The notes beneath the pieces are model-generated. The model was not told the origin of the DNA and made no database searches. It worked only from the letters and a program-made list of their open reading frames with translations. This document shows, one piece after another, positions 34,558 to 47,352 of a stretch of DNA of 64,000 bases. The DNA is from Camelus ferus (Eukaryota): positions 10,418,001 to 10,482,000 of the forward strand of contig NC_045698.1 in assembly GCF_009834535.1 (NCBI RefSeq). Direction: 5' to 3'. The translations under genes were made by a program, and so were the position numbers. Position 1 is the stretch's first letter. Every line of letters begins with the position of its first letter.

Positions 34558-35492
34558 CCTATCCTGAAGTTCTTTCTCATTCTCTTTCACCTGCCAATCA
34601 GCTGTTAATTTGAATTGCAACGAGAACCACAAACCAACAGACCTGATCAGCTGCCGTCCGTGCATCGTGTGAAACTGTGAGCTGTGCTCGGGACTCGGGC
34701 TGCAAGCTGTGCTGGGGTGGAGGCCTTTCTCGCACATTCTGCGAGATTGGAGACAGCATTGCTGTGTCACAGTCTTTTATTCAGGTTTCTGCAAAAAAAA
34801 AAAAAAAAAAAAAAAAAGATAAAAAAGAAACTTTTTTAAATGAACAGGAATCGAATTTTGCAAATTTAACATTTTCCAAGATTTATTCAAGGAAGCAAAA
34901 TGCCTATGTTCAACCACTGGTGTTAACGAACAAAACAGAGATACTGGACCCCTCTGGGGAAGGACACCCCCACCCCCAGCGGCGGCCATCCCCGCGGCCT
35001 CGTCCAGAGCTCAGGGTCCACCTGGCTCTGAGCTTTTCCAGCTGCCTGGTCTATGTGCCTCTCGCCGGGACGCCAGACTAGGCTTCTGAAACGTGCATTC
35101 AACCTCAAACTTTTGCATAAAAATAGAATGAATCGTTTTGCTCTGATGAAATGTAGGCCTTACTTGTATATAAGACTGGTCCTGCCTTCGGTCTGTCCTC
35201 TCCCCACCTGCCTTCCCTCCCGCTCCCCGCCCGCCGGCTGGGGCTTCCTCTGGGGGTCAGTGGGGTCTACCCATCCACCACCGAGGATATCAGGGTGGGT
35301 CCTGCTCCGCTGCCCCCTGCCCCCACGGCCCACCCCCAAGCCGTCAATCAGATTGTTGAGCAGTATACAGTCAGATGAAAATACTGTAAATGCACTCATT
35401 GGGGTTTTTTTTTGGTTTTATTTCATATCATGTGCAATGTTGTGGCTTTAACATTTTATGCAACTATTTATGAAGACCTCTGTTGTACCTGT

Positions 35493-35498
35493 AATAAA
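35493..35498 (+). terminator. proximal polyadenylation signal
   Basis: AATAAA with upstream TGTA, downstream GT-rich tract (35536-35552) and G-rich tract. Confidence 0.7.
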
Positions 35499-36344
35499 TA
35501 TATAGAAAAGCACATACTTCGTACGGTGAGCTTTATGGTTTTGTGCGTGTGTCGGGGGTTGGGTGGGGTGGGGGGTCGTAGCCCTGTGCCATCAGTTCAA
35601 GGAGACTTAACTCTTCGTGGAATTTGTCAGTTTTGAGGACTGTAAAAAGTGATTTCATACTCTGAATATAAAACTGGATAATAGGGTAATGTTTTAAATT
35701 TTATTATGCTATTATTCAGAATGCCAAAGTATTATTTTTTTTCCCAAAATCAGTCTGGACATTTCCTACTTTTTAGACTTTTTGACATTCAACTTTCTGT
35801 ACAAAAAAAAAAATTGGCTGGATTTTGAGCTTTTGGTAAGAAATAAATGCCAATTAAGCACTAGCCGCCTTGAGGCCGGCGTTGACGTCTGTGGCAGAGT
35901 TCACGCTGGTGTGGGAGGCCTTCCACAAAAGATGCTGGGTTTCTGGGCACGCTTGAATTTTTCTGGATGTCTTTTTATCTTTGTTGTGTGAAATCCACTT
36001 TAAGAAAAAAAAAAAAAAAAAGACCAGCCCGCTTTCCCAAGCCAGCCAGACACCATCAACTGGCTTAGTTAAGCTTTGCAGCTTCCAATGTATTTTATTT
36101 ATTCTTTCGTTGGGTTTTTGTTTGTTTCTTGTAAAATTGTACAGAAACTTTTTAAAAGAAATTGGATTCAGAACTGGATGTGTATTCGTAACCTCACAAC
36201 TTTTATTTGTGTGTTGTTTCATTTATTATTTCAGTTCCATTTTTACGTTATTTTGCATGTATATTTCTTTGTACAGAGACCTTCCGTGTTTACACAGTAT
36301 GATGTGATGTAAATATTTTATTTTGCCATCAGTTATTTTAAAAA

Positions 36345-36350
36345 ATTAAA
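36345..36350 (+). terminator. distal polyadenylation signal
   Basis: ATTAAA after several TGTA motifs, followed by a T-rich downstream element. Confidence 0.65.
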
Positions 36351-37559
36351 CATATTTGCCTGATTTTCGTCTTAGGCCTTTTATTTAAATGGGTCACTAT
36401 TGAATGGAAAAGAGATCGCTGCGGGAAGAGACGGACGGACAGAGGCCTCTGGTGGGTTGGGGCGGGAGGTGGGAAGAGAATATTCTGGATGGGGAATTCA
36501 CTGTGTGTGGTCCGAAACAGGAGCCAGGCAAGGTCCTGCAGACTGGGTCACAGCCCCGACTCAGAAGACATGGCGTATAAACCAGAATGTCAGCTGACTG
36601 CACAGTGGGGCTGCACCTGTCCTGGCTAGAGTGACTAAGGGACCCCCTGTTCTTGATGAGCATAGATTCAGAGCCAAGGGGAAAGCTGTAGCATCCTGGC
36701 CACAGAGAAGCATGAATAACGTGGTCCAGATGGACTGAAGAAAGTGAAGCGCTTAGGTTCAATCACCTGCGTTGGGAACAAATCCAAGGACCCACACCTG
36801 GGAAGACCCCTCCCCGCCAACCGTGGTGGCTACTGCCTGCTTCTGACAGCAGGTCCTCTCCCCTGGTGACCCCTGGCATCCCTCTTGTTTTGATTCCTTT
36901 TTGCTTTCTTGTTTTGAATTCACTACCCCTGGGATGGTGACTTACTTTGCTCAGCACACCATAAAGGTTTTACTTTTCATCTGTTTGCTGAAATCCCGAA
37001 GTTCAGTGTGAGAGGACGACATTTGGGCCAAGACCCTGGGTCCAGGCACGGGAAGCTCGTGCTCCCTGAGGTGAGTGCTTCCTCCTGGATCCCAGGGACA
37101 TCAGTGCTCAGTGGGCTCTGAAAAGATGGAAACGCGGGGTCGGTTCTAACTTGAGCAACAGGGGAGGCAAGGGTCTGCTGGTTTTAATTGGACACTTGCT
37201 GAATGATGTAAGGATGCTTGTGAGTCAGCAAAGCATCTCGCAGGTGAAAAGTGGCCTGTCGCGATCACAACCCAGATTTCTCAAATAGCAAAATATTATT
37301 TTGCATGTTACTATTTATGTATTTTTTTTAAATCCGAGCATTCTCTTTAGCTCTAACAGAAAAAAGATCACCAGTATTTTAGCAACATAAATTATGAGCA
37401 TCATCTTATAGCAAGTCATATCTAAAGGATATTAGGCCATCTTAGACCACTGGAAAGAAAGGTGCTTTCAACTGTACACTTTTCAGACAACTGTAGAGAC
37501 AGAATTCGTGGGACTGATAGATTGCTCTGTGTGTACATGTGTGGTTTAACTTAAAAAAA

Positions 37560-40500
37560 AAATAAGATACACAAACCATGATTATATAGCTTAATACATT
37601 TCTATAGGTATATTTGTATCTGTGATTGCCATCCAAAGCAAAACAATCCAACATTTCCATCATCCCCGAGAAAGTCCGCCCTGCCCCCCCCAGTCAGTCC
37701 CTCCCTGCCACCCACTGGCGGACGCCTGAATCTTTCCCAGCTTTTGGCTGTTACAAATAAAGCTTCTCTGGACATTTGTGTACAGATTTTGGGGGGAACA
37801 TTCATCTTCATGTCTCTGGCATAAATGTCAGACAATTTCCTGATCGTATGGTAGGTGCATATTTCATTTTTTAATGGTTTGCTAAACTGTTTTCCAGACT
37901 ACCATTTTACATTCACACCAACAATGTATGAGAAATCCAGTTTCTTCACATCTCCAGTGTTTGGTGGTGTCACTAACTTCTTTTTTTTTTTTTTTTTTTT
38001 GGCACGGGGCGTTCTGACAAGTGTATAGTGATGTGTTACGTGGTTTTGATTTGCATTTCCCTAGTGGCTAGTGATGTTGAACACTTTCCCTGTGCTTAAT
38101 TGCCATCTGCTTCTCCTCTTGAGTGAAAAGTCTCTTCAGATCCTTTGCCCATTTTCTACTGGAGTTTTGCACTTTTGACTGTTGAGCTTTGAGAGTTCCT
38201 TATATATTCCAGGTGCTAGTCCTTTGTCAGAGAAGTGGTTTACAGATATTTCCCCTAATTTACAGTTTGTCTTTCTATCTTCCTAACAGGAGCTTTCATA
38301 GAGGAAAAAGGTTTTAATTTTGATGAATTCCTGTTGATCAGTTCTTTTCTGGACCAAGCTTCTTGTTGTTGAGTCTAAGAACTCTTTACCTGGATTGAAG
38401 CTTTTTCTCCTTAGTTTTTTCCTAAACATTTTTAAGTTTTACATTATACATATAAATCCCTGATCCATTTGGAGTTAATTTTTGAAAAAGTTATAAAATA
38501 TAGGTTGAGGGGTTTTTTGTTATTTTTAGTTTGCTTGTTTTCTTCTTTTTGTTTTGCAGATGGATGGCCAATTAATCCAGCATGACTTGTTGAAAAGGTA
38601 CCCTTTTTTGATTTTGTCAGAAATCAATTGGGCCTGTTTATGTGGGTCTATGTCTGGGTTCTCGTTTCTATTCCATTGATCTAATTTTCTCCCCCTCGAT
38701 TGATACCACACAGTGTGGATTGCTGTTGGTGTACAATGAGTCTTGATATCAGATAGACTGTACTGCTCCCCCTGCCTTTATTCTCTTTTTCAAAATTAGT
38801 TTAGCTATTCTCCTTTGCCTTTCCAGATAAATTTGAGAAGAGTCTTGTCTGTAGCTACAAAATATCTTGCTGTAAGTTTTATAGAAATTGCATTAAATCT
38901 GTATATCAGTTTGAGAAGTCTTTACTATGTTGAGTCCTCCAATCCACAAATACGTGGCTCGCCTTTTATTTAGATTTCCTTTAATTTCTGTCATCAGTAT
39001 TTTGTTGTTTTAAAAGTTCTTGCATGTGTCTTGTTAGAATTATACCTAAGTATTTCTCTTTTAAGCAACTATAAATATTCTATTTTTAATTTTATTGTCC
39101 ATGAATTCATTACTGCTATACAGAAATACAATTGATTTTTTAATTTTATCATTTGTTTTACATATTTGCTAAACTCCCTAGTTCTAGGTGTTTTTATAGA
39201 TTCCTTGGGATTCTCTACATGACTGTGTCATCTGCAAATAAAGGACAGTTTTATTTCTTCTGTTCCAATTTGTATACTTCCTATTTCTTTTTCTTTTCTT
39301 ATTGCACTAGTTACAACTTCCCATATTATGGTGAATACAAGTGGTGAGAGCAGACATCCTTGTCTTGTTCCTGGTCTTAAGTGGGAAAGCGTTCCATCCT
39401 TCACCACTAAGTGCAGTGTAAGCCGTAGACTTTTACACTCTTTACCAAGCTGAGGATGTTCTCTGTTCCTGTTTTTCTGAGTTTTTACCATGAATGGGGG
39501 TTGAATGTTGCCAAATGTGTTTTCTATGTCAATAGATCATGTAATTTTTCTTCTTTAGCCTATTAGAATGATGCATTATATGGATTGATGTTTGAATATC
39601 AAGCCAACCTTGCATCCTTGGAGTGAACCCCATGAGGTCGTGGTGTATAATTCTTTCTATGTTTCTGAATTGTATTTGGTAATACTTTGTTAAGGATTTT
39701 TATATCTATATTCATAAGGGATAGTGGTTGTAATTTCCTTTTTTGTGTATGTACTTTTGATTTTGGTATAGGTACTGCTAGCTTCAAAAAATGAATTAAG
39801 AAGTGTTATCTCCTCTTCTGTTTTCTAGAAGAGATTGGGTAAAATTGATGTTAATTCTTTAAATGTTTGGGAGACTTCTCTAGTGGAACCATGTGGCCTA
39901 GAGATTTTTTATGTGAAATTTTTACATTATGAATTTGCTTTCCCGAATTGTTAGTTATTCAAATGACCTACTTCATAGATAGTGAACTATGATAGGTTGT
40001 GCTTTTCAAATTGATCTATGTTCTCTCTAGTTATTCAATCAATTATTGTTAGAAGAATGTTGAAGACTGCAACTATAATTACGGATTTTTCTGTTTCTTT
40101 TTTCACTTCTTTCAGTTTTTGCTACATATAATTTGCAGCTCTGTTCTTTGATGCACACACACTTGGGAGAACTATGTCTCCTTGGTGGGTTAACCCTTAT
40201 ATCACTGTGTGATATACCATTCTTCTCTCTAGCAGTTTTCTTTGCTGCAATATCTACTTTATCTGATACTAATGTAGTTACTCCTACTTTTTTAAAATTA
40301 ATGTTAGCATCTTTTCCTATCCTTTACCTGTTACCATATCTGTATCATTATATATGAGTAGATTTCTTACAGACAACGTCTAGTTGGATCATGTTTTTTA
40401 ATCCACTGTGCCCATCTCTGTCTGTTAATTGGTGTATTTGGATTATTTACATTTAATGTAATTATTGGTAGGGTTGAGGCTTAAGCCTGCACTTTTATTT

Positions 40501-42655
40501 TTTGGTTTATTGTTCTCTCTGCTTCCCACTTTTCCGTTTTCTTTTGCCTGCCTTCCTGTGGGTTGCTTGAGCACTTTTAGAATTTCATTTTGATTTATCC
40601 ATCCTGATTTTGAATATATCTCTCTGTATAGCTTTAGTGGTTGCTCTAGGAATTGCATTATACATACATAACTCATCACAGTCTACTGGTGTCATCACTT
40701 TACCAGTGTTTGTAAAATATAGAAAACTTACGTCTCTTTATGTCTCATTACCCTCTCTAGTTTATAATTGTTTTAAATATTTCCTGTACAGACATTTAGA
40801 ACCACATCACATGATGTTATAACTTAGTTTCAACCATCAAACATAATTTAAAAAACTAAAATGTATTCTACTTACATATATTTTTACTCTTTCCATTGTT
40901 CTTCCTTCCTAATATTCCAACGTTTCTTTACCCTTTCCTTTCTATTCAGAGAACTAGCTTTAGCCATTCCATTAGGGTAGTTCTGCTGGCAACAAATTCT
41001 CTTGGTTTTCCTTCATCTGATAATGCCTGTTTTTACCCTTTCATTCCTGACATTTCCCCTGGATATAGAATTCTGGGTTGACAGATTTTTTTTCTTTCTG
41101 CACTTGGAAAATGTGCAATGCTGCTTCATTCAGGACTTCATGATTTCTGGTAAGAAATCTACTGTCATTTTTTCCTCTTATAATTAAGATATTTTTCTCC
41201 CACTTTCAAGATTTTTTCTTTGTTTTTAATTTTCAGAAGTTTGCCAATGATGTGTCTTAGTGTGAATTTCTTTGTGTTTATTCTGAGATTCACTCAGATT
41301 CCTGAATCTGTAGGTATTGTATCTTTTGCCAAATTTTCAGTCATTTTTCCAAGTACGTGTAGAGCCCTGCCTTCTCTTTTTCTCCCTCAAAGACTCCAGT
41401 GATGTGAGTATTAGCCGTTTTGGGGGGGTTTTTTTGGGGTTTTTTTGGCTCCACAGGTCTCTGAGGCACTGCTCTTCCCCCCGCCCCTCCCAAGCTACTT
41501 TCTCATCATTGTTCAGATTGGGTAACTTCTGTTTTCCTATCAGCAGGTACACCAAGCATGTCCTCTCTCCACTCCAGTCTGCTGTCGAACCCATACAGTG
41601 AGTTTATTTCGGTTGTTGTATTTCTGTGTTCTAAAATTTGATTCTGTTTGTCTTTATATCTTTTATTTCTTTGCTAAGACTTTTGATCTTTTCCTTTCTT
41701 TCAAGCATGTTCATAATTGTTCCTTGACAGATTTTTATCACAACTGCTTCAAAACTTTTGCCAGATTATCCTAACATTCCTGTCATCTCATTATTGGTGT
41801 CTATTGTGTATCTTTTTGATGCAAGTTGAGATTTTCCTAGTTGGTACGATGAATGATCTACATTTGAAATGGGGACATTTTAGATATTATTAGGTTATGA
41901 ATTCTGAATCTCGTTTAAACCTGATTTCACTGGCTTCCTCTAACACCATTCCAGCAGGGGAAGAGGGCTGGATGCTGCTTCACTAATGGTGAAAACGTTC
42001 TGAGTTCCACTAGGCCTCCTCTGACATCACCCCAGCGGGGAGGGAAGGGGTCTTGTGATTGCTTGGTGGAAGTGAAAACGGAAGTGTAGGCTCCCCACGT
42101 GATCCCCACGGGTAGCAGGGGGGCGGGGAGTCTTACTGCCCTTCAGGGATGAAAGTCCCAGCTCCCCATTTGACCTTCTCTAACACCATCTTGGCCAGAG
42201 GGTGGGGTTCCCCATTACAACCTGGCTGGGGTGGGAAATCTAGGCTCCCCACTCAGTCTTTGCTGGTGGGGTGGGGGTGCAGGCCACCATGTTTTCTGTC
42301 CTGTCCGGCTAGAGTAGGGAAGTTATTGCCTAAAAGTTTCTGTCTGACAAGGCTGACCCTTTCCTGGTCCTCTGTCTAGAGAGAGCCGGGTTTTGTCTGG
42401 ACCTCTGTTGTTGGCATTTCCAAATTGTGCACTTCTTCAGCTCTGAGGCTGAGATGTACAAAGCAAAAAGAAATCCAGAGAACTACCACCTTGGGGTTCC
42501 TCAGCCCTGAGCTTTCTCACTGGTCTGCTTTCTTCTCTTCACCTTGCAGAGTCATTTTAAGTTCGTTTTATGTGGACTCAGGATTTTCCTTAGTTGGAGA
42601 AATAGGAAAAGTCTGTCTACCCCAGCTTCCCAGAAGCAGAAGTCCAGTGCCAATG
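37560..42655 (-). mobile_element. old ~5 kb decayed L1 (L1MC/MD-like), antisense, just downstream of TRIO
   Basis: T-rich; minus-strand ORF2 remnants (GTRQGCLLSPLVF, LSLMNIDIKILNKVL, DQWNRNENPDIDPH); ends approximate. Confidence 0.85.
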
Positions 42656-43747
42656 CTTCTCTGTTTATTTGCTCATTTTAGGATTGTGTGATGTGGGTTT
42701 CCTGACAGGTACAAAAGCAACTGCATCATCTTAGTTTCCAAAGTGACCAATTTTATCAGTTATAAAAGGGAGAACTTCACAACCAGTAATGGTCAGAATT
42801 TAAGTTCATTGCACAGTTTACTATCTTACACCTTTTCTTGATTCGTTTCTCATTGACTCATTTCTTACTGAGGCCTTACTTAACTACCAACACTCGTATT
42901 CTCCTCCTGTTCCCCTGTAACCAGGCGGAATGTCCAGGAAGGGATAACTGATGAGAAACAGTAGGTCACGGCCGGGCTCCTGAGAGCCAGTGGTCTGGAC
43001 AGGCAGCACTGGTCACGTGGCAGGACTGGGGGCCTGCAGGGAGCGTGTGGGAAGCTCTGCTCTCTGGAAGGATCTGTGGGGGAGAGGAGGGAAGATTATT
43101 GACTCGAGTAACTTCTAGAAGGCTGCATGCAATGAAATGTCCGACAGAAGTTCTGGGGGAGCAGAAAAGAGCACCGTGCCAGGCCTTGCAGCTCAGCAGG
43201 GTTTCCAGACTCGCCTCCGGTTGGGTCCAGGCGGTTGGGTCCAGGCGTCAGGTTGCTCTGGCAACAGCAAGGTCGCGAGCGGAGGGAACGATTCTGGTGT
43301 CATTTAAGGCAGCAGAACATTTGCTTCCTCAGAGGTCTCCTGCCTCGTTGGCCATTTCTTATTTACAAGTCAAAGCTTTTACAGAGGTTTCTCTTTCACT
43401 CTGTGGCACTCATCCTCTGGCCACCCCGCTTCTGAGGCCCCTTTTTCGGGACTGCTGAGTTTACTGGAGCACCTTCCTCCTTCCTCCTCCCATAGAATAT
43501 GAAAGTTAGAGGGTTTACAAGGCAAAACCTCTTGTGAAAGGCCAAGAAAAGTGGAGACCTGAATCACTGCTGATAGAAAACCCCCATCTCTGCTACATTT
43601 TTGAAGGTTAAAAAAAAACCTCTTTCACTCGGTTTTACCCTATCCCTCGGTTTCTTGATGACTAAGTTAACCTCATGTGAATGTGCTTATACAGGAAAGA
43701 ACAAGTCAGAACAAATGACAGAGAAACAGATTTAAGAGACATAGCCT

Positions 43748-43848
43748 GGGGGGGGGGGGGTAATAGCTCAGTGGTAAAGCACATGCTTAGCGCACACGAG
43801 GTCCTGGGTTCAATCCCCAGTACCTCCATTGAAAAAAATAATAATAAT
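43748..43848 (+). mobile_element. tRNA-Ala-derived SINE (camelid type)
   Basis: A box TAGCTCAGTGG 43764-43774, B box GGTTCAATCCC 43807-43817, (AAT)n tail; same family as 18153. Confidence 0.88.
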
Positions 43849-45009
43849 CTGAGAACTGCTGACACTGCTATGTCGTTAAGATATGGTAATAACCTGGTTT
43901 CCATGTTTATCTAAAATGCTCACGCCAAAAGAGAAAAGATGCAAAGCATCACTGTTTTGCAAACATGGAAATTCCCGACCAGTGCTAAGCTCTGTCAAGC
44001 CAGGGTTTGTTCCAGCAGGCTCCCCAGAGGTGAGAAGATGTCAGTGTTCCTTTATTTTCCTTCTCAATTTTATGGCCAAGTGGGTGAAATAGGAAATATA
44101 AATGAGAGCAGGCATTACAGCTCTGCAGGTGTTAAATTCACTCACCCCTACCCCTCTGACCTACCCCATTTTTCTTTGAGGCCACCTCCCACCTGTGGGA
44201 ATTGTCAGGGGTCAGTTGGGAACCACCTTCTCTGGTGACACAGGCTCCTTCCCAGGCAACCTCAGTTGATCCCATGCTTCTGTTAACACTGTGTTAGTTG
44301 CCTGTGGCCTTTAACAAATCACCACAGACCACAAGGAACTAAAAACAACAGCGTGTGTGTGCAGTTGGGGCAAGTTATGAACAACAACATACAGAAAACA
44401 GAAGTCCAACTGCCATTTCTAAGGTGTCGGGGGCAAAGGCAGGGCACTGCCCATGATCCCTGTACGCAGCACCCTGCAGGGGTCAGGCGGGCCACCCAAG
44501 CCCCTCCCTTCCTCTCCAGCCTCACCCTGGTCGGCAAGAGCAGGAGAAAAGCCATCTAAACTACTAAACAGTTAAGCATTTACAAACACCATGTGGTCAC
44601 CAGTGACAGTAGGGTCCTGCTTGGTTACAGGGGGACCTCCCTGTACTACCTTTGCAACTTTCTGTAAGCTTATAATTATTTCAAAATAAAACATTTTTTA
44701 AAAGTCTTGTCCTCTCAGAGCCAGCCAGTGGCAGAGCTGGCCCAGGACTCTTGTTTTAGGGTGACCAGCCCTCTCCCTCCACAGACCACTAAGACAGGCT
44801 TCTCTGGAACCACGAACATTCCACAGACAAAGTGCTGGGACCAGGGACACCCCAAGAATACCCTCCCCTCTGCTTCAGTAGCTGGAGTCCCTCCCCTTGT
44901 TCCATGGGGGCTGCCCCTCCCCCCACCTGGCTTACCTCTTCCCCTGCTAGGTCAGGGCGAGGCCAGGACAGGGGCAGTGGGGTGGGGCAAGGAGGGACCC
45001 ATTTCTAAT

Positions 45010-45400
45010 ATGTTTTAAAATAAAATACCTAGGGAAAATCTGGCAGAAGCTGCCCAAAATCTCTTCCCTGAAAACAACGAAATGTTGTTGAAAAATGTAA
45101 AAAATACTAATTTGTGGAGGGAAATACCACGTTCATAGATTGGATGGCTTAATGTTGTAAAGAGGTCAGTTCTCCTTAAGTTCACCTGTAGATTTAATGC
45201 AGTCCCAATCACAGCCCTAGCAGGTGTTTCTGTCGAAATTGATTGACAAGCCTACTCTAAAATTCATATGGAAGTGCAGAGGACCAAGATGCACCAAAGC
45301 ACCCGTGAAGAGGACCGAGGAAGCCGGAGGAGCACCTACGGGACTGACTATCAGGACCTCTGACGAGACTCCAGGACGCAGGACTCTGGGATTGACAAGG
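45010..45400 (+). mobile_element. old L1 ORF2 fragment
   Basis: aaaatacctaggg...ttcatagattggatggcttaatgttgtaaag...ctaaaattcatatggaa. Confidence 0.7.
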
Positions 45401-45950
45401 AGGGACAACCCAGGCAGGCATCCTAGTTTGCCTTTGGTTTTTCTAGGTTGTGCCAGAATTCAAAGAGACCATGATTGCTTAGGGAAAGACCCTGGAATTC
45501 ATCCCCCCAGTGAATAGCTGGTACATATGAGAAAGGCCTGGGCTGGACCCATAGGTCAGAGAATCATCAGAATGTTGAAGTCAGAGGGACTAAAACGCTC
45601 CTGTTAAGAAAAGAAGGCAGAGCGGTAAGTGAGAGAGGACACAGAGGGCTGGAGCCATAGGCTTGTTATGTAGACAGTGGTATCACTGTTCCTTTCAGAA
45701 CATTTTTCCCTAAATTTCTTTCTCATTAACGTCCTCTCAGGAAATGTATGGTTTAGGCCAGCTGACTGGGTTAGCATGAACTTGTGTGACCCTGAACCCC
45801 AGGAAAACACTCAAGAGTCCCTGAGAATGTCCCATGAGCATGAACATCCAGGTCTCCACCGTCACCTTATGAGCATTGAAAATGCTCACGTTCAGGGCAT
45901 TCAGAAAACCTCCAAAGATGGACTGAAACCAAACTGAAGGATCACTCGTA

Positions 45951-47352
45951 CAATGGAAAAAAGACAGTCTCTTCTGCAAGTGGTGCTGGGAAAACTGGAT
46001 GGCTGCATGTAAATCAGTGAAGTTAGAACACCTCCTCACACCATATACAAAGCTAAACTCCAAATGGCTTAAAGACTTAAACATATGACAAGACACTATA
46101 AACCTCCTAGAAGAAAACATAAGCAAAACATTCTCCGACATAAATCTTAGCAATGTTCTCCAAGGGCAATATACCCAGGCAATAGAAATAAAAGCAAAAA
46201 TAAACAAGTGGGACCTAATTAAACTTAAAAGCTTTTGCACAGCAAAGGAAACCATAAACAAAACAAAAAAGCAATCTTTGAAAATATTTGTAAATGATGC
46301 AACTGACAATTCCAGAATATACAAACAGCTCATACAACTTAATAGCAAAAAAACAAACAACTCAATCCAAAAATGGGCAGAAGACCTAAATAAGTAATTC
46401 TCCAATGAAGACATATAAATGGCCAATAGGCACATGAAAAAATGTTCAATATCACTAATTATCAGAAAAGTGCAAATCAAAACTACAATGAGGTATCACC
46501 TCACACCAGTCAGAGTGGCCATCATTCAAAAGTCCACAAACAATAGTTGCTGGAGAGGCTGTGGAGAAAAGGGAGCCCTCCTACACTGCTGGTGGGAATG
46601 TAATTGGTGCAGCCACTATGGAAAATAATATGCAGATTCCTTTAAAAAACTAAAACTAGACTTATCATACGATCCAGCAATCCCACTCTTAGGCATATAT
46701 CTGGAGGGAACTCTAATTGGAAAAGACACATGCACCTCAGTGTTCACAGCAGCACTATATACAATAGCCAAGACATGGAAACAACCTAAGTGTCCATTGA
46801 CAGATGACTGTATAAAGAAGCTGTGGTATGTTTATACAATAGAATACTATTCAGCCATAAAAAAGAATAAAATAATGCCATTTGCTGCAACATGGATGGA
46901 CCTGGGATGGTCATTCTAAGTGAAGTAAGCCAGAAAGAGAAAGAAAAATACCATATGGTATCACTTATACATGGAATCTGAAAAAAAGACACAAATGAAT
47001 TTTCTACAGAACAGAAATAGATTCACAGACACAGAGAACAAACTTATGGTTACCAAGCGGGAAAGGGGTCGGAAGGGATAAATTGGGAGTTTGAGATTTG
47101 CAGATACTAACTACTATATATGAAATAGATAAACAACAAGTTTCTACTGTATAGCACAGGGAACTATATTCAATATCTTGTAGTAACCTATAATGAAAAG
47201 GAATATATGTATATACATGGATGACTGAAACATTATGCTGTACCCTAGAAATTGATTCAACATTGTAAACTGACTATGCTTCAATAAAATAAACAAATAA
47301 TTTTTAAAATTAAAAAAACCACCTACAGACATGGCCATACACACACACACAA
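45951..47352 (+). mobile_element. young 5'-truncated L1 (~1.4 kb), sense
   Basis: ORF2 3' end ([32 protein letters not shown]), 3' UTR, AATAAA at 47283; TSD AAGGATCACTC(G/A)TA at 45937-45950 and 47353-47366. Confidence 0.93.

Larger units (their letters stand above)
34558..36365 (+). other. TRIO: TRIO 3' UTR (end approximate)
   Basis: follows the stop codon; U-rich, no recognisable interspersed repeat; AATAAA 35493-35498 and 35842-35847, ATTAAA 36345-36350. Confidence 0.8.

Noticed and set aside
34793..34817. Long A run in the 3' UTR (also 36005-36021)
   Set aside because: Genomic homopolymer with no upstream signal or TSD; an oligo-dT internal priming risk, not a transcript end.
43748..43830. 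tRNA-Ala(AGC)-like sequence
   Set aside because: D and anticodon stems are mismatched, it has an A-rich tail with no T-run terminator, and a second copy lies at 18153, so it is a SINE rather than a tRNA gene.
45737..46480. 247-aa hydrophobic minus-strand ORF
   Set aside because: Mostly the antisense reading of L1 ORF2.
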